The notes beneath the pieces are model-generated. The model saw nothing but the letters and a program-made list of their open reading frames with translations. It was not told where the DNA came from and did not search any database. Below, piece after piece: positions 1-9,150 of a stretch of DNA of 32,000 bases; within the stretch, counting starts at the first letter, position 1, and each line of letters starts with the position of its first letter. The translations under genes were made by a program, and so were the position numbers. The stretch comes from Enterococcus saigonensis (lineage in GTDB: Bacteria > Bacillota > Bacilli > Lactobacillales > Enterococcaceae), in NCBI RefSeq assembly GCF_011397115.1, contig NZ_AP022823.1, forward strand, positions 1-32,000. The letters are read 5' to 3'.

Positions 1-102
1 GAACAAAACCGATCATATCTAGTCCAGGGTTAAATTGTTCTTGTAAATCAATCAAATAGGAAATATAGTTTTGAATGTTGTTTGTACTTTCTTCTTCTGC
101 TT
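1..102 (-). pseudogene. 3' portion of an Inc18 delta (ParA-type partition ATPase) gene, separated from its 5' portion by Tn1546; runs off the left window edge
   Basis: Minus-strand translation of 97..1 gives EEESTNNIQNYISYLIDLQEQFNPGLDMIGFV. This continues in frame from ...SDYVMIPLQA, which ends at 10951. Positions 98-102 are the duplicated target. Confidence 0.8.
98..102. repeat. Left copy of the 5-bp target-site duplication (TGCTT) of Tn1546
   Basis: TGCTT directly abuts the outer end of IR-L; an identical pentamer abuts IR-R at 10951-10955. Confidence 0.9.
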
Positions 103-140
103 GGGGTAGCGTCAGGAAAATGCGGATTTACAACGCTAAG
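103..140. repeat. Tn1546 left terminal inverted repeat (38 bp)
   Basis: GGGGTAGCGTCAGGAAAATGCGGATTTACAACGCTAAG; 36/38 identical to the reverse complement of 10913-10950. Confidence 0.95.
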
Positions 141-175
141 CCTATTTTCCTGACGAATCCCTCGTTTTAACAACG

Positions 176-3140
176 TTAAGAAAGTTTTAGTGGTCTTAAA
201 GAATTTAATGAGACTACTTTCTCTGAGTTAAAATGGTATTCTCCTAGTAAATTAATATGTTCCCAACCTAAGGGCGACATATGGTGTAACAAATCTTCAT
301 TAAAGCTACCTGTCCGTTTTTTATATTCAACTGCTGTTGTTAGGTGGAGAGTATTCCAAATACTTATAGCATTGATAATTATGTTTAAAGCACTGGCTCT
401 TTGCAATTGATGCTGTATGGTGCGTTCTCTAAGCTCACCTTGTTTTCCGAAGAAAATAGCTCTTGCCAATCCATTCATGGCTTCTCCTTTATTCAATCCT
501 CTTTGTATTTTCTTCTTAATGATTCATCCGATATATAATTCAAAATAAAGATCGTTTTTTCTATTCGGCCCATCTCACGTAAGGCTGTAGCTAAGCTGTT
601 TTGTCTTGAATAGGAACCTAGCTTCCCCATAATAAGGGATGCTGAAACTGTTCCCTCCCTTATAGAATGAGCTAATCGCAAAACATCCTCATAATTTTCT
701 TTAATGACCTTTGTATTTATTTGTCCACGTAAAATGGCTTCTAGTTTTGGATACTCACTTGCTTTATCTATCGTAAATAATTTTGAGTCCGATAAATCCC
801 TTATTCTTGGGGCAAATTTAAATCCTAATAAATGAGTCAGTCCGAATATTTGGTCAGTGTAACCGGCAGTGTCTGTATAATGTTCCTCTATGTTTAGATC
901 CGTCTCATGATGTAACAAACCATCCAAAACATGAATCGCATCTCTTGAATTAGTATGAATAATCTTTGTGTAGTAAGAAGAGAATTGATCACTTGTAAAT
1001 CGGTAGATGGTGGCTCCTTTTCCAGTTCCATAATGTGGATTTGCATCTGCATGTAGTGATGAAACACCTAGCTGCATTCTCATACCATCTGACGAAGATG
1101 TTGTACCGTCGCCCCAATAGAAAGGCAATTGTAATTTATGATGAAAGTTTACTAATATGGCTTGGGCTTTATTCATGGCATCTTCATACATGCGCCATTG
1201 AGATACATTGGCTAGTTGCTTATATGTAAGTCCGGGTGTGGCTTCGGCCATCTTGCTCAAGCCAATATTCATTCCCATTCCTAAAAGGGCAGCCATGATA
1301 ATGATTGTTTCTTCCTTATCTGGTTTTCGATTATTGGAAGCATGAGTGAATTGCTCATGAAATCCTGTTATATGGGCCACATCCATGAGTAAATCAGTTA
1401 ATTTTATTCTTGGTAGCATCTGATAAAGGCTTGCACTAAATTTTTTTGCTTCTTCTGGAACATCTTTTTCTAAGCGTGCAAGTGATAGCTTTCCTTTTTC
1501 AAGAGAAACCCCATCTAACTTATTGGAATTGGCAGCTAACCACTTTAACCTTTCATTAAAGCTGCTGGTTCTCTCCGTTATATAATCTTCGAATGATAAA
1601 CTAACTGATAATCTCGTATTCCCCTTCGATTGATTCCATGTATCTTCCGAAAACAAATATTCCTCAAAATCCCTATATTGTCTGCTGCCAACAATGGAAA
1701 CATCTCCTGCCCGAACATGCTCCGAAGTTCTGTTAAAACAGCCATTTCATAGTAATGACGATTAATTGTTGTACCATCATCCTCGTATAAATGTCTTTTC
1801 CATCGTTTTGAAATAAAATCCACAGGTGAGTCATCAGGCACTTTTCGCTTTCCAGATTCGTTCATTCCTCGGATAATCTCAACAGCTTGTAAAAGTGGCT
1901 CATTTGCCTTTGTAGAATGAAATTCCAATACTCTTAATAGCGTTGGCGTATATTTTCTTAGTGAATAAAACCGTTTTTGCAGTAAGTCTAAATAATCATA
2001 GTCGGCAGGACGTGCAAGTTCCTGAGCCTCTTCTACTGAAGAGACAAAGGTATTCCATTCAATAACCGATTCTAAAACCTTAAAAACGTCTAATTTTTCC
2101 TCTCTTGCTTTAATTAATGCTTGTCCGATGTTCGTAAAGTGTATAACTTTCTCATTTAGCTTTTTACCGTTTTGTTTCTGGATTTCCTCTTGAGCCTTAC
2201 GACCTTTTGATAACAAACTAAGTATTTGCCTATCATGAATTTCAAACGCTTTATCCGTTAGCTCCTGAGTAAGTTGTAATAAATAGATGGTTAATATCGA
2301 ATAACGTTTATTTTCTTGAAAGTCACGGAATGCATACGGCTCGTATCTTGAGCCTAAGCGAGACAGCTGCAACAGGCGGTTACGGTGCAAATGACTAATT
2401 TGCACTGTTTCTAAATCCATTCCTCGTATGTATTCGAGTCGTTCTATTATTTTTAGAAAAGTTTCGGGTGAAGGATGACCCGGTGGCTCTTTTAACCAAC
2501 CCAATATCGTTTTATTGGATTCGGATGGATGCTGCGAGGTAATAATCCCTTCAAGCTTTTCTTTTTGCTCATTTGTTAGAGATTTACTAACCGTATTAAA
2601 TAGCTTCTTTTCAGCCATTGCCCTTGCTTCCCACACCATTCTTTCAAGTGTAGTGATAGCAGGCAGTATAATTTTGTTTTTTCTTAGAAAATCTATGCAT
2701 TCATGCAGTAGATGAATGGCATCACCATTTTCCAAAGCTAATTGATGAAGGTACTTAAATGTCATTCGATATTCACTCAGGGTAAAAGTTACAAAGTCGT
2801 ATTCACTTCGAATTTCTTTCAAATGATCCCAAAGTGTATTTTCCCTTTGAGGATAATGATCAAGCGAGGATGGACTAACACCAATCTGTTTCGATATATA
2901 TTGTATGACCGAATCTGGGATGCTTTTGATATGAGTGTATGGCCAACCGGGATACCGAAGAACAGCTAATTGAACAGCAAATCCTAAACGGTTTTCTTCC
3001 CTCCTTCGCTTATTAACTATTTCTAAATCCCGTTTGGAAAAAGTGAAGTAGGTCCCCAGTATCCATTCATCTTCAGGGATTTGCATAAAAGCCTGTCTCT
3101 GTTCCGGTGTAAGCAATTCTCTACCTCTCGCAATTTTCAT
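176..3140 (-). pseudogene. tnpA: Tn1546 ORF1 Tn3-family transposase, split into three reading frames by two single-base deletions
   Basis: ORFs 1578-3140, 493-1656 and 176-496 are consecutive pieces of one transposase. Restoring one G in the GG at 1722-1723 (complement) reconnects ...LTELR to EHVRAGDVSIVGSRQYRDFEEYLFSEDTW. Restoring one A in the run at 508-511 (complement) reconnects ...SLRRK to IQRGLNKGEAMNG. Together they rebuild a 988-aa ORF (473+405+110). Confidence 0.9.
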
Positions 3141-3189
3141 TCAGTATCATTCCATTTCTGTATTTTCAATTTATTAGTTCAATTATATA

Positions 3190-3211
3190 TCAATAGAGTG
3201 TACTCTATTGA
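3190..3211. promoter_or_regulatory. Palindrome in the divergent tnpA-tnpR intergenic region; candidate resolvase-binding subsite of the Tn1546 res site
   Basis: TCAATAGAGT-GT-ACTCTATTGA: 10-bp perfect arms around a 2-bp centre, located between divergently transcribed transposase and resolvase genes, as in Tn3-family res regions. Confidence 0.5.
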
Positions 3212-3285
3212 TACAAATGTAGTAGACTGATAAAATCATAGTTAAGAGCGTCTCATAAGACTTGTCTCAAAAATGAGGTGATATT

Positions 3286-3861
3286 TTGCGGAAAATCGGT
3301 TATATTCGTGTCAGTTCGACTAACCAGAATCCTTCAAGACAATTTCAGCAGTTGAACGAGATCGGAATGGATATTATATATGAAGAGAAAGTTTCAGGAG
3401 CAACAAAGGATCGCGAGCAACTTCAAAAAGTGTTAGACGATTTACAGGAAGATGACATCATTTATGTTACAGACTTAACTCGAATCACTCGTAGTACACA
3501 AGATCTATTTGAATTAATCGATAACATACGAGATAAAAAGGCAAGTTTAAAATCACTAAAAGATACATGGCTTGATTTATCAGAAGATAATCCATACAGC
3601 CAATTCTTAATTACTGTAATGGCTGGTGTTAACCAATTAGAGCGAGATCTTATTCGGATGAGACAACGTGAAGGGATTGAATTGGCTAAGAAAGAAGGAA
3701 AGTTTAAAGGTCGATTAAAGAAGTATCATAAAAATCACGCAGGAATGAATTATGCGGTAAAGCTATATAAAGAAGGAAATATGACTGTAAATCAAATTTG
3801 TGAAATTACTAATGTATCTAGGGCTTCATTATACAGGAAATTATCAGAAGTGAATAATTAG
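3286..3861 (+). CDS. tnpR: Tn1546 ORF2 serine resolvase (191 aa)
   Basis: N-terminus is IGYIRVSSTNQN with the catalytic Ser; C-terminal HTH is VNQICEITNVSRASLYRKL. TTG start is preceded by the GAGGTG RBS. Confidence 0.93.
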   Translation: MRKIGYIRVSSTNQNPSRQFQQLNEIGMDIIYEEKVSGATKDREQLQKVLDDLQEDDIIYVTDLTRITRSTQDLFELIDNIRDKKASLKSLKDTWLDLSEDNPYSQFLITVMAGVNQLERDLIRMRQREGIELAKKEGKFKGRLKKYHKNHAGMNYAVKLYKEGNMTVNQICEITNVSRASLYRKLSEVNN

Positions 3862-3974
3862 CCATTCTGTATTCCGCTAATGGGCAATATTTTTAAAGAA
3901 GAAAAGGAAACTATAAAATATTAACAGCCTCCTAGCGATGCCGAAAAGCCCTTTGATAAAAAAAGAATCATCAT

Positions 3975-4030
3975 CTTAAGAAATTCTTAGTCATTTATTA
4001 TGTAAATGCTTATAAATTCGGCCCTATAAT
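3975..4030 (+). promoter_or_regulatory. vanR promoter region: tandem CTTAAGAAATT / CTTAGTCATTT boxes (candidate VanR~P site) plus a TATAAT -10
   Basis: Two adjacent 11-bp boxes at 3975-3985 and 3986-3996 resemble the CTTAGGAAA boxes upstream of vanH. TATAAT lies at 4025-4030, 45 nt before the vanR ATG. Confidence 0.5.
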
Positions 4031-4074
4031 CTGATAAATTATTAAGGGCAAACTTATGTGAAAGGGTGATAACT

Positions 4075-4770
4075 ATGAGCGATAAAATACTTATTGTGGA
4101 TGATGAACATGAAATTGCCGATTTGGTTGAATTATACTTAAAAAACGAGAATTATACGGTTTTCAAATACTATACCGCCAAAGAAGCATTGGAATGTATA
4201 GACAAGTCTGAGATTGACCTTGCCATATTGGACATCATGCTTCCCGGCACAAGCGGCCTTACTATCTGTCAAAAAATAAGGGACAAGCACACCTATCCGA
4301 TTATCATGCTGACCGGGAAAGATACAGAGGTAGATAAAATTACAGGGTTAACAATCGGCGCGGATGATTATATAACGAAGCCCTTTCGCCCACTGGAGTT
4401 AATTGCTCGGGTAAAGGCCCAGTTGCGCCGATACAAAAAATTCAGTGGAGTAAAGGAGCAGAACGAAAATGTTATCGTCCACTCCGGCCTTGTCATTAAT
4501 GTTAACACCCATGAGTGTTATCTGAACGAGAAGCAGTTATCCCTTACTCCCACCGAGTTTTCAATACTGCGAATCCTCTGTGAAAACAAGGGGAATGTGG
4601 TTAGCTCCGAGCTGCTATTTCATGAGATATGGGGCGACGAATATTTCAGCAAGAGCAACAACACCATCACCGTGCATATCCGGCATTTGCGCGAAAAAAT
4701 GAACGACACCATTGATAATCCGAAATATATAAAAACGGTATGGGGGGTTGGTTATAAAATTGAAAAATAA
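4075..4770 (+). CDS. vanR: VanR response regulator (OmpR family), 231 aa
   Basis: MSDKILIVDDEHEIADL... receiver domain followed by a winged-helix C-terminus. The ATG at 4075 has an AAAGGG RBS; the track's GTG at 4066 is an upstream extension. Confidence 0.97.
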   Translation: MSDKILIVDDEHEIADLVELYLKNENYTVFKYYTAKEALECIDKSEIDLAILDIMLPGTSGLTICQKIRDKHTYPIIMLTGKDTEVDKITGLTIGADDYITKPFRPLELIARVKAQLRRYKKFSGVKEQNENVIVHSGLVINVNTHECYLNEKQLSLTPTEFSILRILCENKGNVVSSELLFHEIWGDEYFSKSNNTITVHIRHLREKMNDTIDNPKYIKTVWGVGYKIEK

Positions 4771-5902
4771 AAAAAACGACTATTCCAAACTAGAACGAAA
4801 ACTTTACATGTATATCGTTGCAATTGTTGTGGTAGCAATTGTATTCGTGTTGTATATTCGTTCAATGATCCGAGGGAAACTTGGGGATTGGATCGTAAGT
4901 ATTTTGCAAAACAAATATGACTTAAATCACCTGGACGCGATGAAATTATATCATTATTCCATACGGAACAATATAGATATCTTTATTTATGTGGCGATTG
5001 TCATTAGTATTCTTATTCTATGTCGCGTCATGCTTTCAAAATTCGCAAAATACTTTGACGAGATAAATACCGGCATTGATGTACTTATTCAGAACGAAGA
5101 TAAACAAATTGAGCTTTCTGCGGAAATGGATGTTATGGAACAAAAGCTCAACACATTAAAACGGACTCTGGAAAAGCGAGAGCAGGATGCAAAGCTGGCC
5201 GAACAAAGAAAAAATGACGTTGTTATGTACTTGGCGCACGATATTAAAACGCCCCTTACATCCATTATCGGTTATTTGAGCCTGCTTGACGAGGCTCCAG
5301 ACATGCCGGTAGATCAAAAGGCAAAGTATGTGCATATCACGTTGGACAAAGCGTATCGACTCGAACAGCTAATCGACGAGTTTTTTGAGATTACACGGTA
5401 TAACCTACAAACGATAACGCTAACAAAAACGCACATAGACCTATACTATATGCTGGTGCAGATGACCGATGAATTTTATCCTCAGCTTTCCGCACATGGA
5501 AAACAGGCGGTTATTCACGCCCCCGAGGATCTGACCGTGTCCGGCGACCCTGATAAACTCGCGAGAGTCTTTAACAACATTTTGAAAAACGCCGCTGCAT
5601 ACAGTGAGGATAACAGCATCATTGACATTACCGCGGGCCTCTCCGGGGATGTGGTGTCAATCGAATTCAAGAACACTGGAAGCATCCCAAAAGATAAGCT
5701 AGCTGCCATATTTGAAAAGTTCTATAGGCTGGACAATGCTCGTTCTTCCGATACGGGTGGCGCGGGACTTGGATTGGCGATTGCAAAAGAAATTATTGTT
5801 CAGCATGGAGGGCAGATTTACGCGGAAAGCAATGATAACTATACGACGTTTAGGGTAGAGCTTCCAGCGATGCCAGACTTGGTTGATAAAAGGAGGTCCT
5901 AA
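4748..5902 (+). CDS. vanS: VanS sensor histidine kinase, 384 aa, variant allele (V50, Q54, H69)
   Basis: Two N-terminal TM segments, H-box MYLAHDIKTPL, and N/G boxes. It overlaps the vanR end by 23 nt. Confidence 0.97.
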   Translation: MVIKLKNKKNDYSKLERKLYMYIVAIVVVAIVFVLYIRSMIRGKLGDWIVSILQNKYDLNHLDAMKLYHYSIRNNIDIFIYVAIVISILILCRVMLSKFAKYFDEINTGIDVLIQNEDKQIELSAEMDVMEQKLNTLKRTLEKREQDAKLAEQRKNDVVMYLAHDIKTPLTSIIGYLSLLDEAPDMPVDQKAKYVHITLDKAYRLEQLIDEFFEITRYNLQTITLTKTHIDLYYMLVQMTDEFYPQLSAHGKQAVIHAPEDLTVSGDPDKLARVFNNILKNAAAYSEDNSIIDITAGLSGDVVSIEFKNTGSIPKDKLAAIFEKFYRLDNARSSDTGGAGLGLAIAKEIIVQHGGQIYAESNDNYTTFRVELPAMPDLVDKRRS

Positions 5903-5918
5903 GAGATGTATATAATTT

Positions 5919-5962
5919 TTTAGGAAAATCTCAAGGTTATCTTTACTTTTTCTTAGGAAATT
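5919..5962 (+). promoter_or_regulatory. Two TTAGGAAA-type boxes in the vanS-vanH spacer; candidate VanR~P binding sites of the vanH promoter region
   Basis: TTTAGGAAAAT at 5919-5929 and CTTAGGAAATT at 5952-5962, 33 bp apart, are similar to the boxes upstream of vanR. Confidence 0.45.
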
Positions 5963-5980
5963 AACAATTTAATATTAAAA

Positions 5981-6029
5981 AACGGCTCGTTCTTACACGG
6001 TAGACTTAATACCGTAAGAACGAGCCGTT
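5981..6029 (+). terminator. Stem-loop (16-bp perfect stem) followed by a T-rich tract, between vanS and vanH
   Basis: AACGGCTCGTTCTTAC ... GTAAGAACGAGCCGTT, then TTTCGTTCTT; an A-run lies upstream. Confidence 0.5.
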
Positions 6030-6116
6030 TTCGTTCTTCAGAGAAAGATTTGACAAGATTACCATTGGCATCCCCGTTTTATTTGGTGCCTTTCACAGAA
6101 AGGGTTGGTCTTAATT

Positions 6117-7085
6117 ATGAATAACATCGGCATTACTGTTTATGGATGTGAGCAGGATGAGGCAGATGCATTCCATGCTCTTTCGCCTCGCTTTGGCGTT
6201 ATGGCAACGATAATTAACGCCAACGTGTCGGAATCCAACGCCAAATCCGCGCCTTTCAATCAATGTATCAGTGTGGGACATAAATCAGAGATTTCCGCCT
6301 CTATTCTTCTTGCGCTGAAGAGAGCCGGTGTGAAATATATTTCTACCCGAAGCATCGGCTGCAATCATATAGATACAACTGCTGCTAAGAGAATGGGCAT
6401 CACTGTCGACAATGTGGCGTACTCGCCGGATAGCGTTGCCGATTATACTATGATGCTAATTCTTATGGCAGTACGCAACGTAAAATCGATTGTGCGCTCT
6501 GTGGAAAAACATGATTTCAGGTTGGACAGCGACCGTGGCAAGGTACTCAGCGACATGACAGTTGGTGTGGTGGGAACGGGCCAGATAGGCAAAGCGGTTA
6601 TTGAGCGGCTGCGAGGATTTGGATGTAAAGTGTTGGCTTATAGTCGCAGCCGAAGTATAGAGGTAAACTATGTACCGTTTGATGAGTTGCTGCAAAATAG
6701 CGATATCGTTACGCTTCATGTGCCGCTCAATACGGATACGCACTATATTATCAGCCACGAACAAATACAGAGAATGAAGCAAGGAGCATTTCTTATCAAT
6801 ACTGGGCGCGGTCCACTTGTAGATACCTATGAGTTGGTTAAAGCATTAGAAAACGGGAAACTGGGCGGTGCCGCATTGGATGTATTGGAAGGAGAGGAAG
6901 AGTTTTTCTACTCTGATTGCACCCAAAAACCAATTGATAATCAATTTTTACTTAAACTTCAAAGAATGCCTAACGTGATAATCACACCGCATACGGCCTA
7001 TTATACCGAGCAAGCGTTGCGTGATACCGTTGAAAAAACCATTAAAAACTGTTTGGATTTTGAAAGGAGACAGGAGCATGAATAG
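6117..7085 (+). CDS. vanH: VanH D-lactate (alpha-keto acid) dehydrogenase, 322 aa
   Basis: MNNIGITVYGCEQDEADAF...; NAD-binding motif GVVGTGQIGKAV. The ATG at 6117 gives the canonical length. Confidence 0.97.
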   Translation: MNNIGITVYGCEQDEADAFHALSPRFGVMATIINANVSESNAKSAPFNQCISVGHKSEISASILLALKRAGVKYISTRSIGCNHIDTTAAKRMGITVDNVAYSPDSVADYTMMLILMAVRNVKSIVRSVEKHDFRLDSDRGKVLSDMTVGVVGTGQIGKAVIERLRGFGCKVLAYSRSRSIEVNYVPFDELLQNSDIVTLHVPLNTDTHYIISHEQIQRMKQGAFLINTGRGPLVDTYELVKALENGKLGGAALDVLEGEEEFFYSDCTQKPIDNQFLLKLQRMPNVIITPHTAYYTEQALRDTVEKTIKNCLDFERRQEHE

Positions 7086-8109
7086 AATAAAAGTTGCAAT
7101 ACTGTTTGGGGGTTGCTCAGAGGAGCATGACGTATCGGTAAAATCTGCAATAGAGATAGCCGCTAACATTAATAAAGAAAAATACGAGCCGTTATACATT
7201 GGAATTACGAAATCTGGTGTATGGAAAATGTGCGAAAAACCTTGCGCGGAATGGGAAAACGACAATTGCTATTCAGCTGTACTCTCGCCGGATAAAAAAA
7301 TGCACGGATTACTTGTTAAAAAGAACCATGAATATGAAATCAACCATGTTGATGTAGCATTTTCAGCTTTGCATGGCAAGTCAGGTGAAGATGGATCCAT
7401 ACAAGGTCTGTTTGAATTGTCCGGTATCCCTTTTGTAGGCTGCGATATTCAAAGCTCAGCAATTTGTATGGACAAATCGTTGACATACATCGTTGCGAAA
7501 AATGCTGGGATAGCTACTCCCGCCTTTTGGGTTATTAATAAAGATGATAGGCCGGTGGCAGCTACGTTTACCTATCCTGTTTTTGTTAAGCCGGCGCGTT
7601 CAGGCTCATCCTTCGGTGTGAAAAAAGTCAATAGCGCGGACGAATTGGACTACGCAATTGAATCGGCAAGACAATATGACAGCAAAATCTTAATTGAGCA
7701 GGCTGTTTCGGGCTGTGAGGTCGGTTGTGCGGTATTGGGAAACAGTGCCGCGTTAGTTGTTGGCGAGGTGGACCAAATCAGGCTGCAGTACGGAATCTTT
7801 CGTATTCATCAGGAAGTCGAGCCGGAAAAAGGCTCTGAAAACGCAGTTATAACCGTTCCCGCAGACCTTTCAGCAGAGGAGCGAGGACGGATACAGGAAA
7901 CGGCAAAAAAAATATATAAAGCGCTCGGCTGTAGAGGTCTAGCCCGTGTGGATATGTTTTTACAAGATAACGGCCGCATTGTACTGAACGAAGTCAATAC
8001 TCTGCCCGGTTTCACGTCATACAGTCGTTATCCCCGTATGATGGCCGCTGCAGGTATTGCACTTCCCGAACTGATTGACCGCTTGATCGTATTAGCGTTA
8101 AAGGGGTGA
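7078..8109 (+). CDS. vanA: VanA D-Ala:D-Lac ligase, 343 aa
   Basis: MNRIKVAILFGGCSEEHDVSVKSA...; ATP-grasp ligase. The start overlaps the vanH end by 8 nt. Confidence 0.98.
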   Translation: MNRIKVAILFGGCSEEHDVSVKSAIEIAANINKEKYEPLYIGITKSGVWKMCEKPCAEWENDNCYSAVLSPDKKMHGLLVKKNHEYEINHVDVAFSALHGKSGEDGSIQGLFELSGIPFVGCDIQSSAICMDKSLTYIVAKNAGIATPAFWVINKDDRPVAATFTYPVFVKPARSGSSFGVKKVNSADELDYAIESARQYDSKILIEQAVSGCEVGCAVLGNSAALVVGEVDQIRLQYGIFRIHQEVEPEKGSENAVITVPADLSAEERGRIQETAKKIYKALGCRGLARVDMFLQDNGRIVLNEVNTLPGFTSYSRYPRMMAAAGIALPELIDRLIVLALKG

Positions 8110-8114
8110 TAAGC

Positions 8115-8723
8115 ATGGAAATAGGATTTACTTTTTTAGATGAAATAGTACACGGTGTTCGTTGGGACGCTAAATATGCCACTTGGGATAATTTCACCGG
8201 AAAACCGGTTGACGGTTATGAAGTAAATCGCATTGTAGGGACATACGAGTTGGCTGAATCGCTTTTGAAGGCAAAAGAACTGGCTGCTACCCAAGGGTAC
8301 GGATTGCTTCTATGGGACGGTTACCGTCCTAAGCGTGCTGTAAACTGTTTTATGCAATGGGCTGCACAGCCGGAAAATAACCTGACAAAGGAAAGTTATT
8401 ATCCCAATATTGACCGAACTGAGATGATTTCAAAAGGATACGTGGCTTCAAAATCAAGCCATAGCCGCGGCAGTGCCATTGATCTTACGCTTTATCGATT
8501 AGACACGGGTGAGCTTGTACCAATGGGGAGCCGATTTGATTTTATGGATGAACGCTCTCATCATGCGGCAAATGGAATATCATGCAATGAAGCGCAAAAT
8601 CGCAGACGTTTGCGCTCCATCATGGAAAACAGTGGGTTTGAAGCATATAGCCTCGAATGGTGGCACTATGTATTAAGAGACGAACCATACCCCAATAGCT
8701 ATTTTGATTTCCCCGTTAAATAA
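8115..8723 (+). CDS. vanX: VanX D-Ala-D-Ala dipeptidase, 202 aa
   Basis: MEIGFTFLDEIVHGVRWDAKYATWDNF...; zinc ligand motifs SHSRGSAID and WWHY. Confidence 0.97.
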   Translation: MEIGFTFLDEIVHGVRWDAKYATWDNFTGKPVDGYEVNRIVGTYELAESLLKAKELAATQGYGLLLWDGYRPKRAVNCFMQWAAQPENNLTKESYYPNIDRTEMISKGYVASKSSHSRGSAIDLTLYRLDTGELVPMGSRFDFMDERSHHAANGISCNEAQNRRRLRSIMENSGFEAYSLEWWHYVLRDEPYPNSYFDFPVK

Positions 8724-9056
8724 ACTTTTAACCGTTGCACGGACAAACTATATAAGCTAACTCTTTCGGCAGGAAACCCGACGTATGTAACTGGTTCTTA
8801 GGGAATTTATATATAGTAGATAGTATTGAAGATGTAAGGCAGAGCGATATTGCGGTCATTATCTGCGTGCGCTGCGGCAAGATAGCCTGATAATAAGACT
8901 GATCGCATAGAGGGGTGGTATTTCACACCGCCCATTGTCAACAGGCAGTTCAGCCTCGTTAAATTCAGCATGGGTATCACTTATGAAAATTCATCTACAT
9001 TGGTGATAATAGTAAATCCAGTAGGGCGAAATAATTGACTGTAATTTACGGGGCAA

Positions 9057-9088
9057 AACGGCACAATCTCAAACGAGATTGTGCCGTT
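9057..9088 (+). terminator. Stem-loop (14-bp stem) just upstream of vanY; weak terminator-like element
   Basis: AACGGCACAATCTC-AAAC-GAGATTGTGCCGTT followed by only TTTA; the tail is poor. Confidence 0.3.
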
Positions 9089-9150
9089 TAAGGGGAAGAT
9101 TCTAGAAATATTTCATACTTCCAACTATATAGTTAAGGAGGAGACTGAAA

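Noticed and set aside
1035-8197. Antisense or overlapping ORFs within Tn1546 genes: 1035-1229, 2515-2715, 2742-2969, 5515-5709, 6456-6782, 6948-7265, 7809-8015, 8012-8197.
   Set aside because: They lie entirely inside well-supported genes on the opposite strand or in another frame, lack RBSs and have odd composition. They are chance ORFs.
4066-8723. Track starts for vanR (4066), vanH (6105), vanA (7021) and vanX (8106).
   Set aside because: These are upstream in-frame alternative codons. The internal ATGs at 4075, 6117, 7078 and 8115 have RBSs and give the canonical 231, 322, 343 and 202 aa products.
8724-9150. The long, relatively GC-rich vanX-vanY spacer might hide a gene or RNA.
   Set aside because: There is no ORF with an RBS on either strand. 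The only structure seen is the 9057-9088 hairpin. This spacer is a standard part of Tn1546.
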